The notes under the pieces were generated by a model. It did no database searches. It was not told where the DNA came from and was given only the letters and a program-made list of their open reading frames with translations. A stretch of 64,000 bases of DNA, from contig CAWGHO010000002.1 of assembly GCA_963822445.1 (NCBI GenBank), forward strand, positions 1,184,001-1,248,000, read 5' to 3'. A program made the translations under genes and the position numbers. Positions within the stretch are counted from its first letter, which is position 1, and each line of letters begins with the position of its first letter. Shown one piece after another: positions 44,783-54,050 of the stretch. The DNA comes from an uncultured Acidobacteriota bacterium (GTDB lineage: Bacteria; Acidobacteriota; Thermoanaerobaculia; Gp7-AA8).

Positions 44783-46389
44783 TCTGATTTGCTCCCGCTG
44801 AAGCTGAACGTGCCGATGGTCGTGTTGACGTTGCCTTCCATCGTGTTGCCGGTCACGGTGCCGGTGAATGCCCAGTCGCTCGCTTCGGACTCGTTCTGCG
44901 CGTTCGTGGTGATGGTGAAGTCGAACGTCGGATCGGTGAACGAGCCGCTGCGGATGTCGCCGGAGCCGCGGTCGCCGGAGAACGTGCCGGTCAGACCGCC
45001 ATCCTCCACCTTCAGCGTCACCTGGATCGAGACGTTGCCCTCCGGCGCGCGCACGATGAGGCTCCACGTGCCGTCGATCGGCGTCGCCGCCGCCGTAGCG
45101 GCACCTTCACGTCCGGCCTTGTCGTCGGCGGGCAGGCGGATCTCGCGGCCGTCGACGAACACGCGGGTTACTTTCGATTTCTCTTCGAACAGCGGCTTGT
45201 CGCTGACGACGATGTTCGCGATCTTGCCGCGCTCGAGCGATCCGAGCTGCCGGTCGATGCCGAGGATCCGCGCCGGGGCGAGAGTCGTCGCGCGCAGGGC
45301 ATCCGCGGCGGAGAGGCCGTTCTCGATGGCCTTGCGAACGCCGGGATGGAAATCGCCGGTCTTTCCGGGACCGCTCACCAGCGCGAACTGCACGCCGGCC
45401 TTGGCCAGCACCGACGGGGTAGTCGGCGCGAGCTGCCGATCGCGAATCACGCGCAGCGGCTGGTCTTCGCGATCCTGTTTGTCCGTCGGCGCGGCCGGCC
45501 ACTTCACCGACACCAGGACCGGCACGTTCTTCAGATCGTTCGCAACCGCGTACGCCTGGCGTCCGCCGGAGATCATGTAGCGGAGATTGAATTCTTTGGC
45601 GATGGCCTGCACGCGGCGAATGGCCAGCTCGCTGTCGGCCATGAACACGACCGGGAGCTCGCGGCGGATCACCGGACGCATGGCCTCGAGGCTCGGGTTG
45701 TCCGCGGGACGCTGCAGGCCCGTCGGATTCTTCTCGTAGATCGCCCGCGCGCTCTGATGCTGATCGGCATCCATGAACGTCTGCCGGATGTGGGCGATGA
45801 CGCCCATCAGGCTGTTCGGGAACGCGGTGAAGAAACCGGGTCGCGGCGTGAAGGAGATCTGCATCGTCGCCGGACTCTTGATGACGCGCGACTCGATCGG
45901 GCCTTCGCCGAGGTTCACCACGACTGATTGGCCGTTGAACACGCCGGCCGTCGGCGCTGTGAGAACGGTCGTCACGCCGATCGCGCGGCGCGCACTCGCG
46001 TCGTCGTCGCTGATCTTCGCGTTGCGGATGGCGATCGAGTCCGGCGTCGGCTCGGGAGCCTGTTCCGTTCGCGCCGCCGCGCCGCCTCCGCCTCCGCCGC
46101 CGGTTCTGCGCGGCGGCGCGGCGAATCCGAGGGACGTCTGGGCGTCGATGAGACCGGGGTAGACGTGTGCGCCGGCGACGTCGATGGTCGTGGCGTCGGC
46201 AGGAATGGCCACGTTGGCGCCGACTGCCTCGATCAGGCCCTCGCGGATGACGACCACGCCATTCGGAATGGCAGGACCCGAGACGGGATGCACCGTGCCG
46301 CCCGTGATCGCGTAGACGCCGGGGGCGTCGGCGAAGGCAGCGGATGCCGTGAGAAGTACGAGAAGGGCGACGAATCGCCGAAGACCCAT
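44779..46389 (-). CDS. Exported amidohydrolase-family protein lacking HxH, with C-terminal beta domain
   Basis: Signal peptide ASAAFA; [10 protein letters not shown]; [10 protein letters not shown]; C-terminal DGTW beta-strand domain. Confidence 0.88.
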   Translation of the reverse strand: MGLRRFVALLVLLTASAAFADAPGVYAITGGTVHPVSGPAIPNGVVVIREGLIEAVGANVAIPADATTIDVAGAHVYPGLIDAQTSLGFAAPPRRTGGGGGGGAAARTEQAPEPTPDSIAIRNAKISDDDASARRAIGVTTVLTAPTAGVFNGQSVVVNLGEGPIESRVIKSPATMQISFTPRPGFFTAFPNSLMGVIAHIRQTFMDADQHQSARAIYEKNPTGLQRPADNPSLEAMRPVIRRELPVVFMADSELAIRRVQAIAKEFNLRYMISGGRQAYAVANDLKNVPVLVSVKWPAAPTDKQDREDQPLRVIRDRQLAPTTPSVLAKAGVQFALVSGPGKTGDFHPGVRKAIENGLSAADALRATTLAPARILGIDRQLGSLERGKIANIVVSDKPLFEEKSKVTRVFVDGREIRLPADDKAGREGAATAAATPIDGTWSLIVRAPEGNVSIQVTLKVEDGGLTGTFSGDRGSGDIRSGSFTDPTFDFTITTNAQNESEASDWAFTGTVTGNTMEGNVNTTIGTFSFSGSKSE

Positions 46390-46464
46390 GCCCACCTCCG
46401 AAGAACGGGCGGCATGATACAGAGAGCGTTCAAATTTGTTACCCTCCCTTTTCTCGGAGTCCGA

Positions 46465-47619
46465 ATGGTCCTCTTCAACTACGCCACGAAAGAGATCACC
46501 GCGAAGATCGTCTATTACGGGCCCGGTCTCTGCGGCAAGACCACGAACCTGCAGTTCGTTTACGACTCTCTGCCGTCGAACAACAAGAGCAAGATGCTCT
46601 CGCTGGCGACGAAGACGGACCGCACTCTCTTCTTCGACTTCCTCCCGCTCGACCTCGGCAAGATCCGCGGCATGCGCACCAAGCTGCAGCTCTACACCGT
46701 GCCCGGGCAGGTCTACTACAACTCCACGCGCCAGCTCGTACTGAAAGGCGCGGACGGAATCGTGTTCGTGGCGGACAGCCAGGACTTCGCGCTCGACGCG
46801 AATCAGGAGTCGCTGCAGAACCTCGAGGACAACCTCAAGCGCCAGGGCGTACGTCTGCGCGAGATGCCGCTGGTGCTGCAGTACAACAAGCGCGATCTGC
46901 CGAACGCGCTGCCGGTTGCGGAGCTCAACGCGGAGCTGAACAAGCAGAACGTGCCGAACTTCGAGTCCGTGGCCACGACCGGACTCGGCGTCGAAGAGAC
47001 GCTGAAGGGCATCACCCAGCTGGTGCTCGCCCACCTGGTCAAGAAATACGGGCTGGAAGGGGCGGAGCCGCTGGAGAAGGAAATTCAGATTCTCAACGCG
47101 CCGTCGCAACGTCCCGCCACGACCGATTCATTGTGGGACGAGGACGATGAGGATCCGTTCGGAAGCGCGCCCGCGCCGGCACCCGCGCGAGCGGCCGCCG
47201 CGGCGGTTTCGGCAGCACCTGCGGGCGAAGCGGAGTTCGATCTCGACGATGCAGGCGACGAGAACATCCCCCTGGTCGCGACGGAGCTGCTGCCGTCGTC
47301 GGTCGGACAGTCGGTGACGATGAACAATCCATTCGAAGACGTGACGGACTACTTCAGCACTCCCGGTCCCGGTGCCGCGCCGGCGTCGCTCGACATCCCG
47401 ACGATGTCCGTGGAGATCCCGCTTCCCGCGGGGATTCTCGATTCGCTTCCGGTGCTCGGCGAAGACGCACCGCGACTCTCGTCGTCACAGCCCGAGCGCC
47501 GCGCGAACGACGGCCTGGTGAAAGAGGTCAGCATCCCCCTGAACCTCTCCCTGGATGAACTTCGCCAGCATCGGCGTTTGAGGCTGAAGATCACGCTCGA
47601 TGTGAATTTGCTGCCGTGA
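46465..47619 (+). CDS. MglA-family small GTPase with long acidic C-terminal extension
   Basis: KIVYYGPGLCGKTTNL, DRTLFFDFLP, YTVPGQVYY, VFVADS, QYNKRDL. Confidence 0.92.
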   Translation: MVLFNYATKEITAKIVYYGPGLCGKTTNLQFVYDSLPSNNKSKMLSLATKTDRTLFFDFLPLDLGKIRGMRTKLQLYTVPGQVYYNSTRQLVLKGADGIVFVADSQDFALDANQESLQNLEDNLKRQGVRLREMPLVLQYNKRDLPNALPVAELNAELNKQNVPNFESVATTGLGVEETLKGITQLVLAHLVKKYGLEGAEPLEKEIQILNAPSQRPATTDSLWDEDDEDPFGSAPAPAPARAAAAAVSAAPAGEAEFDLDDAGDENIPLVATELLPSSVGQSVTMNNPFEDVTDYFSTPGPGAAPASLDIPTMSVEIPLPAGILDSLPVLGEDAPRLSSSQPERRANDGLVKEVSIPLNLSLDELRQHRRLRLKITLDVNLLP

Positions 47620-47623
47620 TTCC

Positions 47624-47713
47624 GGAGGGGTGGCCGAGTGGTTTAAGGCAGCGGTCTTGAAAACCGCCGTACGGGTAACCGTACCGTGGGTTCGAATCCC
47701 ACCTCCTCCGCCA
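47624..47713 (+). tRNA. tRNA-Ser(UGA)
   Basis: GGAGGGG...; anticodon arm GCGGT-CTTGAAA-ACCGC, long variable arm, GTTCGAATC, CCA. Confidence 0.96.
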
Positions 47714-47740
47714 ACCTTCACCTCGTGCACCGCCCAAAAG

Positions 47741-47764
47741 GTAGGCCGGAGGCCCACACTACAC
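47741..47764. repeat. GTAG-type REP-like sequence, single copy
   Basis: gtaggccggaggcccacactacac, identical to 59775-59798. Confidence 0.75.
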
Positions 47765-47912
47765 GCCAGTTTTTTCCTAGCCGGACTCAGGCACGAATCT
47801 TCCTATAAGTGCGCTTGCGCTCGCCATCAGTGAGTGAGCGCCCACTGACAAAGATCGATTCGTTCGCGGGAGTACGATGGCTGGCGCTTCTGACCTGAAA
47901 GGCAGTCCCCCA

Positions 47913-49391
47913 ATGTCCGCATCCCCCGATGTCGCGGCCACCGGCATCAAAGGCCTCGACCACATTCTCCTTGGCGGCTTTCCCCGCAACCGCGTTTACC
48001 TCGTGCAAGGCGATCCCGGCGTCGGCAAGACCACGATGGGATTGCAGTTCCTCATCGAAGGGGTTCGCCGCGGCGAGCGCTGTCTCTACATCACCCTCTC
48101 CGAATCGCGCGACGAGCTTCACGCGGTCGCTCAATCGCACGGCTGGAATCTCGACGGCATCGAGATCTACCAGCAGCTCGTCGGCGAAGAAGCGCTGACC
48201 GAGGAAGACACTACAGTCTTCTATCCGGCGGAGGTCGAGCTCGGAGAAACGATCCGCTCCATGCTGGTCGAAGTCGACCGCGTGAAACCGCAGCGGGTCG
48301 TGCTCGACTCGCTCAGCGAGATCCGCCTGCTCGCGCAGAGCAGCCTTCGCTACCGGAAGCAGATCCTCGCTCTCAAGCAGTTCTTCGCCCCTCGCAACGT
48401 CACCGTTCTCTGCCTCGACGACCGCACGTCGGACGTCAGCGATCTCCAGTTGCAGAGCGTTCCGCACGGCGTCGTGGAACTGGAGCGCTTCACGCCGCTG
48501 TACGGCGCCGCGCGCAGGCGTCTGCAGCTGGTGAAGGTTCGCGGTCTCAATTTCAAAGACGGCTATCACGACTTCAACATCCTCACCGGCGGCATCGTGG
48601 TCTATCCGCGCCTCGTCGCCGCAGAGCATCGAACGACGTCGCCGCGCGAACAGGTGCCCAGTGGTGTCGGCGCGCTCGACGACATGCTCGGCGCGGGCAT
48701 CGATCGCGGCACCAGCACGGTGATCATGGGGCCCGCCGGCGCCGGCAAATCGGCGTTGACGACGCAATACGTCGTCGCCGCGGCCCGGCGCGGCGAGAAG
48801 TCCGCCATGTTCCTGTTCGAGGAGAGCATGGCCAGCCTGCTCAATCGAGCGGCCTCGCTGGGCCTGCCGATGGAGGAATTCGTCGACAAAGGCCTGATCA
48901 ACGTCCGCCAGGTCGATCCCGCGCAACTTCAGCCTGGGGAGTTTGCGCATCTCGTCAGCGAGGCCGTCGAAGAAGACGGCATCCGCCTGCTCGTGATCGA
49001 CAGCCTCAATGGCTATCTGAACGCGGTGCCCGAGGAGCGGTTCCTGCTGCTTCACCTGCACGAGCTGCTCAGCTACCTCGGCCAGCACGGCGTGGCCACC
49101 ATCCTCGTCTTCGCACAGCACGGACTGATCGGATCGATGCAGAGCAGCGTCGACGTCAGCTATCTCGCCGACTGCGTGGTGCTCCTCCGCTACTACGAAG
49201 CGGAAGGGCGCATTCACAAAGCCATCTCCGTCGTGAAGAAGCGTAGCGGCCCGCATGAGACGGCGATCCGCGCGTTCACGATGGGCGCGAACGGCATCGA
49301 AGTCGGCCCTCCTCTCTCCACCTATCACGGCGTGCTTTCCGGCATTCCGAACTACGACCGAACGCTTCACGCGAGGATCGGCGCAGAGTGA
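47913..49391 (+). CDS. KaiC-like double-domain P-loop ATPase
   Basis: Two RecA-type domains with GDPGVGKT and GPAGAGKS, VVLDS/VIDS Walker B, VSYLAD at the KaiC phosphosite region. An alternative start at 47877 is possible. Confidence 0.9.
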   Translation: MSASPDVAATGIKGLDHILLGGFPRNRVYLVQGDPGVGKTTMGLQFLIEGVRRGERCLYITLSESRDELHAVAQSHGWNLDGIEIYQQLVGEEALTEEDTTVFYPAEVELGETIRSMLVEVDRVKPQRVVLDSLSEIRLLAQSSLRYRKQILALKQFFAPRNVTVLCLDDRTSDVSDLQLQSVPHGVVELERFTPLYGAARRRLQLVKVRGLNFKDGYHDFNILTGGIVVYPRLVAAEHRTTSPREQVPSGVGALDDMLGAGIDRGTSTVIMGPAGAGKSALTTQYVVAAARRGEKSAMFLFEESMASLLNRAASLGLPMEEFVDKGLINVRQVDPAQLQPGEFAHLVSEAVEEDGIRLLVIDSLNGYLNAVPEERFLLLHLHELLSYLGQHGVATILVFAQHGLIGSMQSSVDVSYLADCVVLLRYYEAEGRIHKAISVVKKRSGPHETAIRAFTMGANGIEVGPPLSTYHGVLSGIPNYDRTLHARIGAE

Positions 49392-50953
49392 ACAGCGAGC
49401 GTCCCGACATGGTGCTCATCGCGGCGCCGATCGGGCGCGACGCGGAGCTCATGTGCGCGCAGCTGCGAGCGGCCGGTCTGCGCTGCGAGACCTGTTCGGA
49501 CGTCGCCGATCTCTGCCGGCACATCGCCAGCGGCGTCGCCGCGATCATCGCCACGGAAGAAGCGCTTCCGCCAGACCGGATTCACGAGCTCGCGAAAGTC
49601 GTCGCCGACGAACCGCCCTGGTCGGAGATCCCGCTGATCATCCTGACCTCGGCGCCGTCACTCGAACAGAAGACCCGCTCCTTCGACCTGCTGGCGCGAC
49701 GCACGAACGTCACGCTGATCGATCGCCCGGTTCGCATCAAGAGTCTGATCAGCGCCGCGCGATCGGCGATTCGCGCGCGGCAACGACAGTACGACGTGCG
49801 CGATCTGATGCAGCAGCTCCAGGACCGCATTCACGAGCGAGACCGCTTCCTGGCCGTCCTCGGACACGAGCTGCGCAATCCCCTCGGCGCGATTCTGCTC
49901 GCGGCGCAGATGACGGACGCGGACGGCCGGCTCGACGGCGAGCATGCGCATCTCATCGAGCGGCAGTCGCGGCATCTCACCCGGCTGGTCAACGATCTTC
50001 TCGACCTGTCGCGCGTCGCCGCCGGCAAGATCACGCTGAAACGCAACATCACCGATCTGCGCGAGATCGCCTCGCAGTCGATCGAAGTGGTGCGGCCCGC
50101 GGCGGAACGGCAGGGCGTCTCGCTCGAAGTTCTCCATTGCGAGAAACCGCTGCTCGTGGATGCCGATGGAATCCGCGTCGATCAGATCCTGACCAACATC
50201 CTCACCAACGCGATCAAGTACACGCCCGAGGGTGGACATGTAACGCTCGCGCTGAAGCCTGAGGATGGTGCGGGCGTGCTGGAAGTCGTGGACAACGGCG
50301 TGGGAATCGCGCCGGACCGCATCGGCAACATCTTCGAGCTCTTCGCGCAGGCCGAGAACGCGATCGGCCGGGCGCAGGGCGGGATGGGCATCGGCCTGGC
50401 CCTGGTTCGCAATCTCGTCGAGCTGCACGGCGGTACCGTGCACGCGGCCAGCGACGGCATCGGCAAAGGGAGCCGGTTCACGGTGCGCCTGCCGCTGGCC
50501 ACGGCGGCGCAGAAAGCCGACGCGCCGGAGGCTCTTCCCGGCGTGGTGGTCGCGGTCGAGGATGTCACGCGACGCATCGTGATCGTCGAAGACAACAAGG
50601 ACGTTCGCGATCTGCTTCGCCTGCGGCTGAAAAAGCTCGGCCATGACGTGCTCGACGCGCCCGACGGCGTGGAAGGCCTCCGCGTGGTCCTGCAGGAGAA
50701 ACCCGATCTGGCACTGGTCGACCTCGGATTGCCGGGAATCGACGGGTTCGAGGTCGCGAAAGGCATTCGCGCTGAGCTCGGCCAAGACGTCGTGCTCGTT
50801 GCCGTAAGCGGTTTCGGACAGCCCGAGGACAAACGTCGGGCGATCGAGGCCGGCTTCGACGAGCACATCACCAAGCCTGCCGACGTGAAGGACATCGAAA
50901 GCATCCTCAAACGCTTCCCGCCGCGGAATTCGACCGTGGCGGGCGGCGTCTAG
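49388..50953 (+). CDS. Hybrid sensor histidine kinase/response regulator
   Basis: HELRNPL H-box, NAIKYT, DNGVGI, GMGIGL, C-terminal receiver (VEDN, DLGLP, KP); degenerate N-terminal receiver-like region. Confidence 0.94.
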   Translation: MNSERPDMVLIAAPIGRDAELMCAQLRAAGLRCETCSDVADLCRHIASGVAAIIATEEALPPDRIHELAKVVADEPPWSEIPLIILTSAPSLEQKTRSFDLLARRTNVTLIDRPVRIKSLISAARSAIRARQRQYDVRDLMQQLQDRIHERDRFLAVLGHELRNPLGAILLAAQMTDADGRLDGEHAHLIERQSRHLTRLVNDLLDLSRVAAGKITLKRNITDLREIASQSIEVVRPAAERQGVSLEVLHCEKPLLVDADGIRVDQILTNILTNAIKYTPEGGHVTLALKPEDGAGVLEVVDNGVGIAPDRIGNIFELFAQAENAIGRAQGGMGIGLALVRNLVELHGGTVHAASDGIGKGSRFTVRLPLATAAQKADAPEALPGVVVAVEDVTRRIVIVEDNKDVRDLLRLRLKKLGHDVLDAPDGVEGLRVVLQEKPDLALVDLGLPGIDGFEVAKGIRAELGQDVVLVAVSGFGQPEDKRRAIEAGFDEHITKPADVKDIESILKRFPPRNSTVAGGV

Positions 50954-50983
50954 TTAGTCATCGTCCAACCCGGCCCCAGGTTC

Positions 50984-51325
50984 ATGGTTCAAAAAGTTCT
51001 CGTAGTCGAAAACTACGCCGATCTGAATGCGGCGATCACTTCCGCCCTGCCGGACGATTGCAACTGCACGTCGGTGCGAACTTCGGAAGAGGCCATCGTG
51101 CGGCTGCGCGAGGAGCACTACGAGGTGATCCTGCTCGCGCCGCGGCTTCCAATCCAGGACGACCCGGTCATGCACTTCCTGCACGAGAACCAGCCGGACG
51201 AGATCGCGAAGGTGATCCTGATGACCGATCCCGGCGACGCGGACGGCTCCGGCGAGGACTGCCGGGTGCTGGTCAAGCCGTTCAACCGGGAGGAGCTGGT
51301 GGCGAAGGTGACGGGCGGGGAGTAG
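50984..51325 (+). CDS. Atypical receiver-domain protein
   Basis: VLVVEN...VILLAP (Ala at the phospho-Asp position)...KPF. Confidence 0.75.
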   Translation: MVQKVLVVENYADLNAAITSALPDDCNCTSVRTSEEAIVRLREEHYEVILLAPRLPIQDDPVMHFLHENQPDEIAKVILMTDPGDADGSGEDCRVLVKPFNREELVAKVTGGE

Positions 51326-51328
51326 CGC

Positions 51329-51421
51329 TGGCGGAGAGAGAGGGATTCGAACCCTCGGTAGAGGTTTACCCCCTACGGCGGTTTAGCAAACCGCTGGTTT
51401 CAGCCACTCACCCATCTCTCC
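51329..51421 (-). tRNA. tRNA-Ser(GCU)
   Basis: Reverse complement GGAGAGATGGGTGAGTGG...GCGGT-TTGCTAA-ACCGC...GTTCGAATCC...GCCA. Confidence 0.96.
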
Positions 51422-51472
51422 GTGCTGAAGCGCACGACGCACAATAGCCGATTGTCGCTCACAATTCCCAAC

Positions 51473-52978
51473 TCAGGAACCGACGTCCACCTTCTCCAGC
51501 GGATGCCGCGCCGGCCCGTTCAGCACCTCGCCCTCCGTCGTGAATCGTGAGCCGTGACAGGGGCAGTCCCACGTCCGCTCTGCGGGGTTCCAGGCCACGT
51601 CGCATTTCATGTGCGTGCAGACCGGCGAGACGCAGTGCAGCGAGCCTTTGTCATCGCGGTAGGCGGCGATCTTCTTTCCGTCGACCTTGATGATCTTTCC
51701 TTCGCCGATCCCCACTTCCTCCGTCGTTTTCGCCTCGACGCCCATCGAGGTCAGGCGATCGGCGGCGAGATGCGCGGGGAAGTGCAGGTTCTCGGTCAGG
51801 AACTCGCGCGCGGTCATGTGCGGGCGCTTGCGGTCGATGTCGAAGACCCCCGCCCACTTGTTGTCGACGCCGGTGATGAGGTCCGTGACGATCATCGCCC
51901 CGACGGTTCCGAAGGTCATGCCCTGGCCGGAGTAGCCGGTGGAGATGTAGACGTTTTTCTTCCCGCCGATCAGCGGCAGACCGCCGTGCGGCTCGATGAT
52001 CTGGCCGGACCAGCGATAGCGCACGGGATGCGATCCGAAATGCTCGCGCGTGTAATCGACGAGCCGCTGGAAACAGGCCTCGGTGTCTTCTTCCTCGCCG
52101 ACGCGATGATCCTCGCCGCCGACGATCATGAACGTTCCTTCGTCCGTGTCCTGCCAGCGGGTGTAGTGATACGGATCGGCGGTATCCCAAAACAGTCCCT
52201 CCGGATGCTCGCCTTCGACGCGGAAGGCGATGGCGTACGTGCGATACGCCGCGGCCAGCGTGTGAATCGGGGTGAAGCCGGCGATGGGAACGTTCGTGGC
52301 CATGAAGACCGCTTTCGCGGTCACGCGTCCGCGCTCGGTCTGTACTTCGCAGGGATCGCCGTTCTTCACATCGGTGACCTGCGTTCTGGTGAAGATGCGG
52401 CAGCCGTCGCCGGAGATCTTTCCCGCGAGGGCATGGAGATATTCACCGGGATGGAACTGCGCCTGGTTCTCGAACAGCGCCGCGCCGCGCGTCGGAAACG
52501 GGAGAGGAACGGAGTCGATGAACTTCACGTCCAGGCCCGCTTCGCGCGCCGCGACGGCCTCGTTCTTCACCTCGGCGACGTACTTCCGTTTCTCGGTATA
52601 GAGGTAGCCGGGGATGCGGCGGAAGCGGCAGGAGATGGAGTAGCGGTCGATGAGATCGGTGATCTTCAGAATCGACTCGCGGCTCGCTTCGGCGACGAGC
52701 TTCGCATCCTGTTCGCTGTATTTGCGGCGGATGTAATGGTAGCGGGCGTCGACGGCCTCTGTGAGATGGGCGGTGGTGTTTCCGCTCTCGCCCGCGGCGA
52801 TCGTTTCCTTCTCCAGAACGATCACGCTGCGGCCCCGCTCCTTCAAAAGGGCGGCGGCGGTGAGTCCCGTTATTCCCGCGCCGATAATGACCACATCGGC
52901 CGTCTGATCGCCTTCGAGGGGGGTGTATTCCGGAGCGTGACTGGTGCCCTCCCAGAGTGATGTGGAGTGCTGTTTCAT
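51473..52978 (-). CDS. FAD-dependent oxidoreductase with C-terminal Rieske domain (YhfW-like)
   Basis: IIGAGITG, AQFHP, WSGQ, Rieske CTHMKC...WDCPCHGSRF. Confidence 0.92.
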   Translation of the reverse strand: MKQHSTSLWEGTSHAPEYTPLEGDQTADVVIIGAGITGLTAAALLKERGRSVIVLEKETIAAGESGNTTAHLTEAVDARYHYIRRKYSEQDAKLVAEASRESILKITDLIDRYSISCRFRRIPGYLYTEKRKYVAEVKNEAVAAREAGLDVKFIDSVPLPFPTRGAALFENQAQFHPGEYLHALAGKISGDGCRIFTRTQVTDVKNGDPCEVQTERGRVTAKAVFMATNVPIAGFTPIHTLAAAYRTYAIAFRVEGEHPEGLFWDTADPYHYTRWQDTDEGTFMIVGGEDHRVGEEEDTEACFQRLVDYTREHFGSHPVRYRWSGQIIEPHGGLPLIGGKKNVYISTGYSGQGMTFGTVGAMIVTDLITGVDNKWAGVFDIDRKRPHMTAREFLTENLHFPAHLAADRLTSMGVEAKTTEEVGIGEGKIIKVDGKKIAAYRDDKGSLHCVSPVCTHMKCDVAWNPAERTWDCPCHGSRFTTEGEVLNGPARHPLEKVDVGS

Positions 52979-53023
52979 GGCTTTACGGCACGCGCAAACG
53001 CAAGAAACGAACCGTACCCAACG

Positions 53024-53037
53024 GGCACGCTTCGTGC
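53024..53037 (+). promoter_or_regulatory. Putative sigma54 -24/-12 promoter of the KGG stress gene
   Basis: GGCACGCTTCGTGC = GG-N10-GC with GGCACG. Confidence 0.55.
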
Positions 53038-53111
53038 TCGACAATAAGTTGCCTTACGCGGTGCGCGGTAGCTCAACACCGTGGACATTCCAAACCCGAA
53101 GGAGACCGAAA

Positions 53112-53594
53112 ATGGCAACGAGTAAGCGCGGTTTTGCGTCGATGGATGCGGCTAAGCAGCGCGAGATTGCAAGTAAAGGTGGGCGCGCGGCACATGCGAA
53201 GGGCACCGCCCATGAGTTCACTTCTGACGAGGCCCGAGTCGCCGGCCGCAAGGGCGGCGAGGCTGTCAGCCGCGATCGTGCGCACATGGCCGCGATCGGA
53301 CGCGAAGGTGGTCACAGCCGCGGAGCGCGTGCGCGCGCTGCCGGTACGACGGGAAACGTCGCGGCACCGAACGTGACCAGCCCCCGTTCCGACAACGAGG
53401 TCCGCACGGACTTTTCGCAGGGCACCGGCTCGCAGCCGTTCGTCCGTCAGGTCAACGACGAGCGCAGTGGCTTCGAGAACCCGTCCGGACGTGGCTCGGC
53501 CAGCGGCGGCTACGGCTCCCAGGAGCGCTCCCGCCAGGATCGCGATCGCGAGAACGCAACCGACTCGCCGATCTCGAATCGCGACCGGTTCTAG
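53112..53594 (+). CDS. KGG-repeat general stress protein (YciG/GsiB-like)
   Basis: RGFASMD..KQREIASKGG, HEFTSDEARVAGRKGG, HMAAIGREGG; RBS AGGAG. Confidence 0.9.
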   Translation: MATSKRGFASMDAAKQREIASKGGRAAHAKGTAHEFTSDEARVAGRKGGEAVSRDRAHMAAIGREGGHSRGARARAAGTTGNVAAPNVTSPRSDNEVRTDFSQGTGSQPFVRQVNDERSGFENPSGRGSASGGYGSQERSRQDRDRENATDSPISNRDRF

Positions 53595-53600
53595 AACCCC

Positions 53601-53630
53601 GTGTGGTGCGGGCTCCGGCCCGCACTACAC
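53601..53630. repeat. REP-like hairpin between convergent genes
   Basis: gtgtggtgcgggctccggcccgcactacac, related to the GTAG REP; supplies the TAG stop of the 53625-54050 gene. Confidence 0.65.
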
Positions 53631-54050
53631 CTCTTCCATTCGATCCGCCAGCTCGCTGCCGAGCAGGCCGGTGATCACCGACAGCAACACGCCCGTTCCC
53701 GAGATCGCGATCGCAATGGCACTCGGATGCGCCGGCGCATCACGTCGCAGGAACCAGCTCACCGCGAACAGCATGGCCACGATGAGGTTCCCGCCGCCGT
53801 GCCATGCGCCGAGGATCCAGGCGCGTGTTCCGCGGGGAATGGCCAGCCAGTCGATCAACCCGAACACCGATGCGGCCACGCCGCCGATGACGCCGGCGAA
53901 GATCAGCCACGACGCGACGATTGCCAGCTCACCGCGGCCTCGCGCCAGATAAGCGAGGTCGAAGAAGAACGACGTCGCCAGAAGGCCCAGCGGAAAAACG
54001 ATCAGCATGTGGTGCACGGGGTGACCCGCGATCCGCAGCTTCGCCTTCAC
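53625..54050 (-). CDS. DUF2231-like membrane protein
   Basis: GHPVHHMLIVFPLGL, GLIDW, HGGGN, GLLGSEL. Confidence 0.85.
   Translation of the reverse strand: MKAKLRIAGHPVHHMLIVFPLGLLATSFFFDLAYLARGRGELAIVASWLIFAGVIGGVAASVFGLIDWLAIPRGTRAWILGAWHGGGNLIVAMLFAVSWFLRRDAPAHPSAIAIAISGTGVLLSVITGLLGSELADRMEEV

Noticed and set aside
47624-47713. tRNA with TGA anticodon read as selenocysteine or suppressor tRNA
   Set aside because: Anticodon UGA decodes Ser UCA codons; tRNA-Sec has anticodon UCA.
47913-49391. Bona fide circadian clock
   Set aside because: No kaiA or kaiB nearby and the canonical ST phosphosite pair is replaced by SY.
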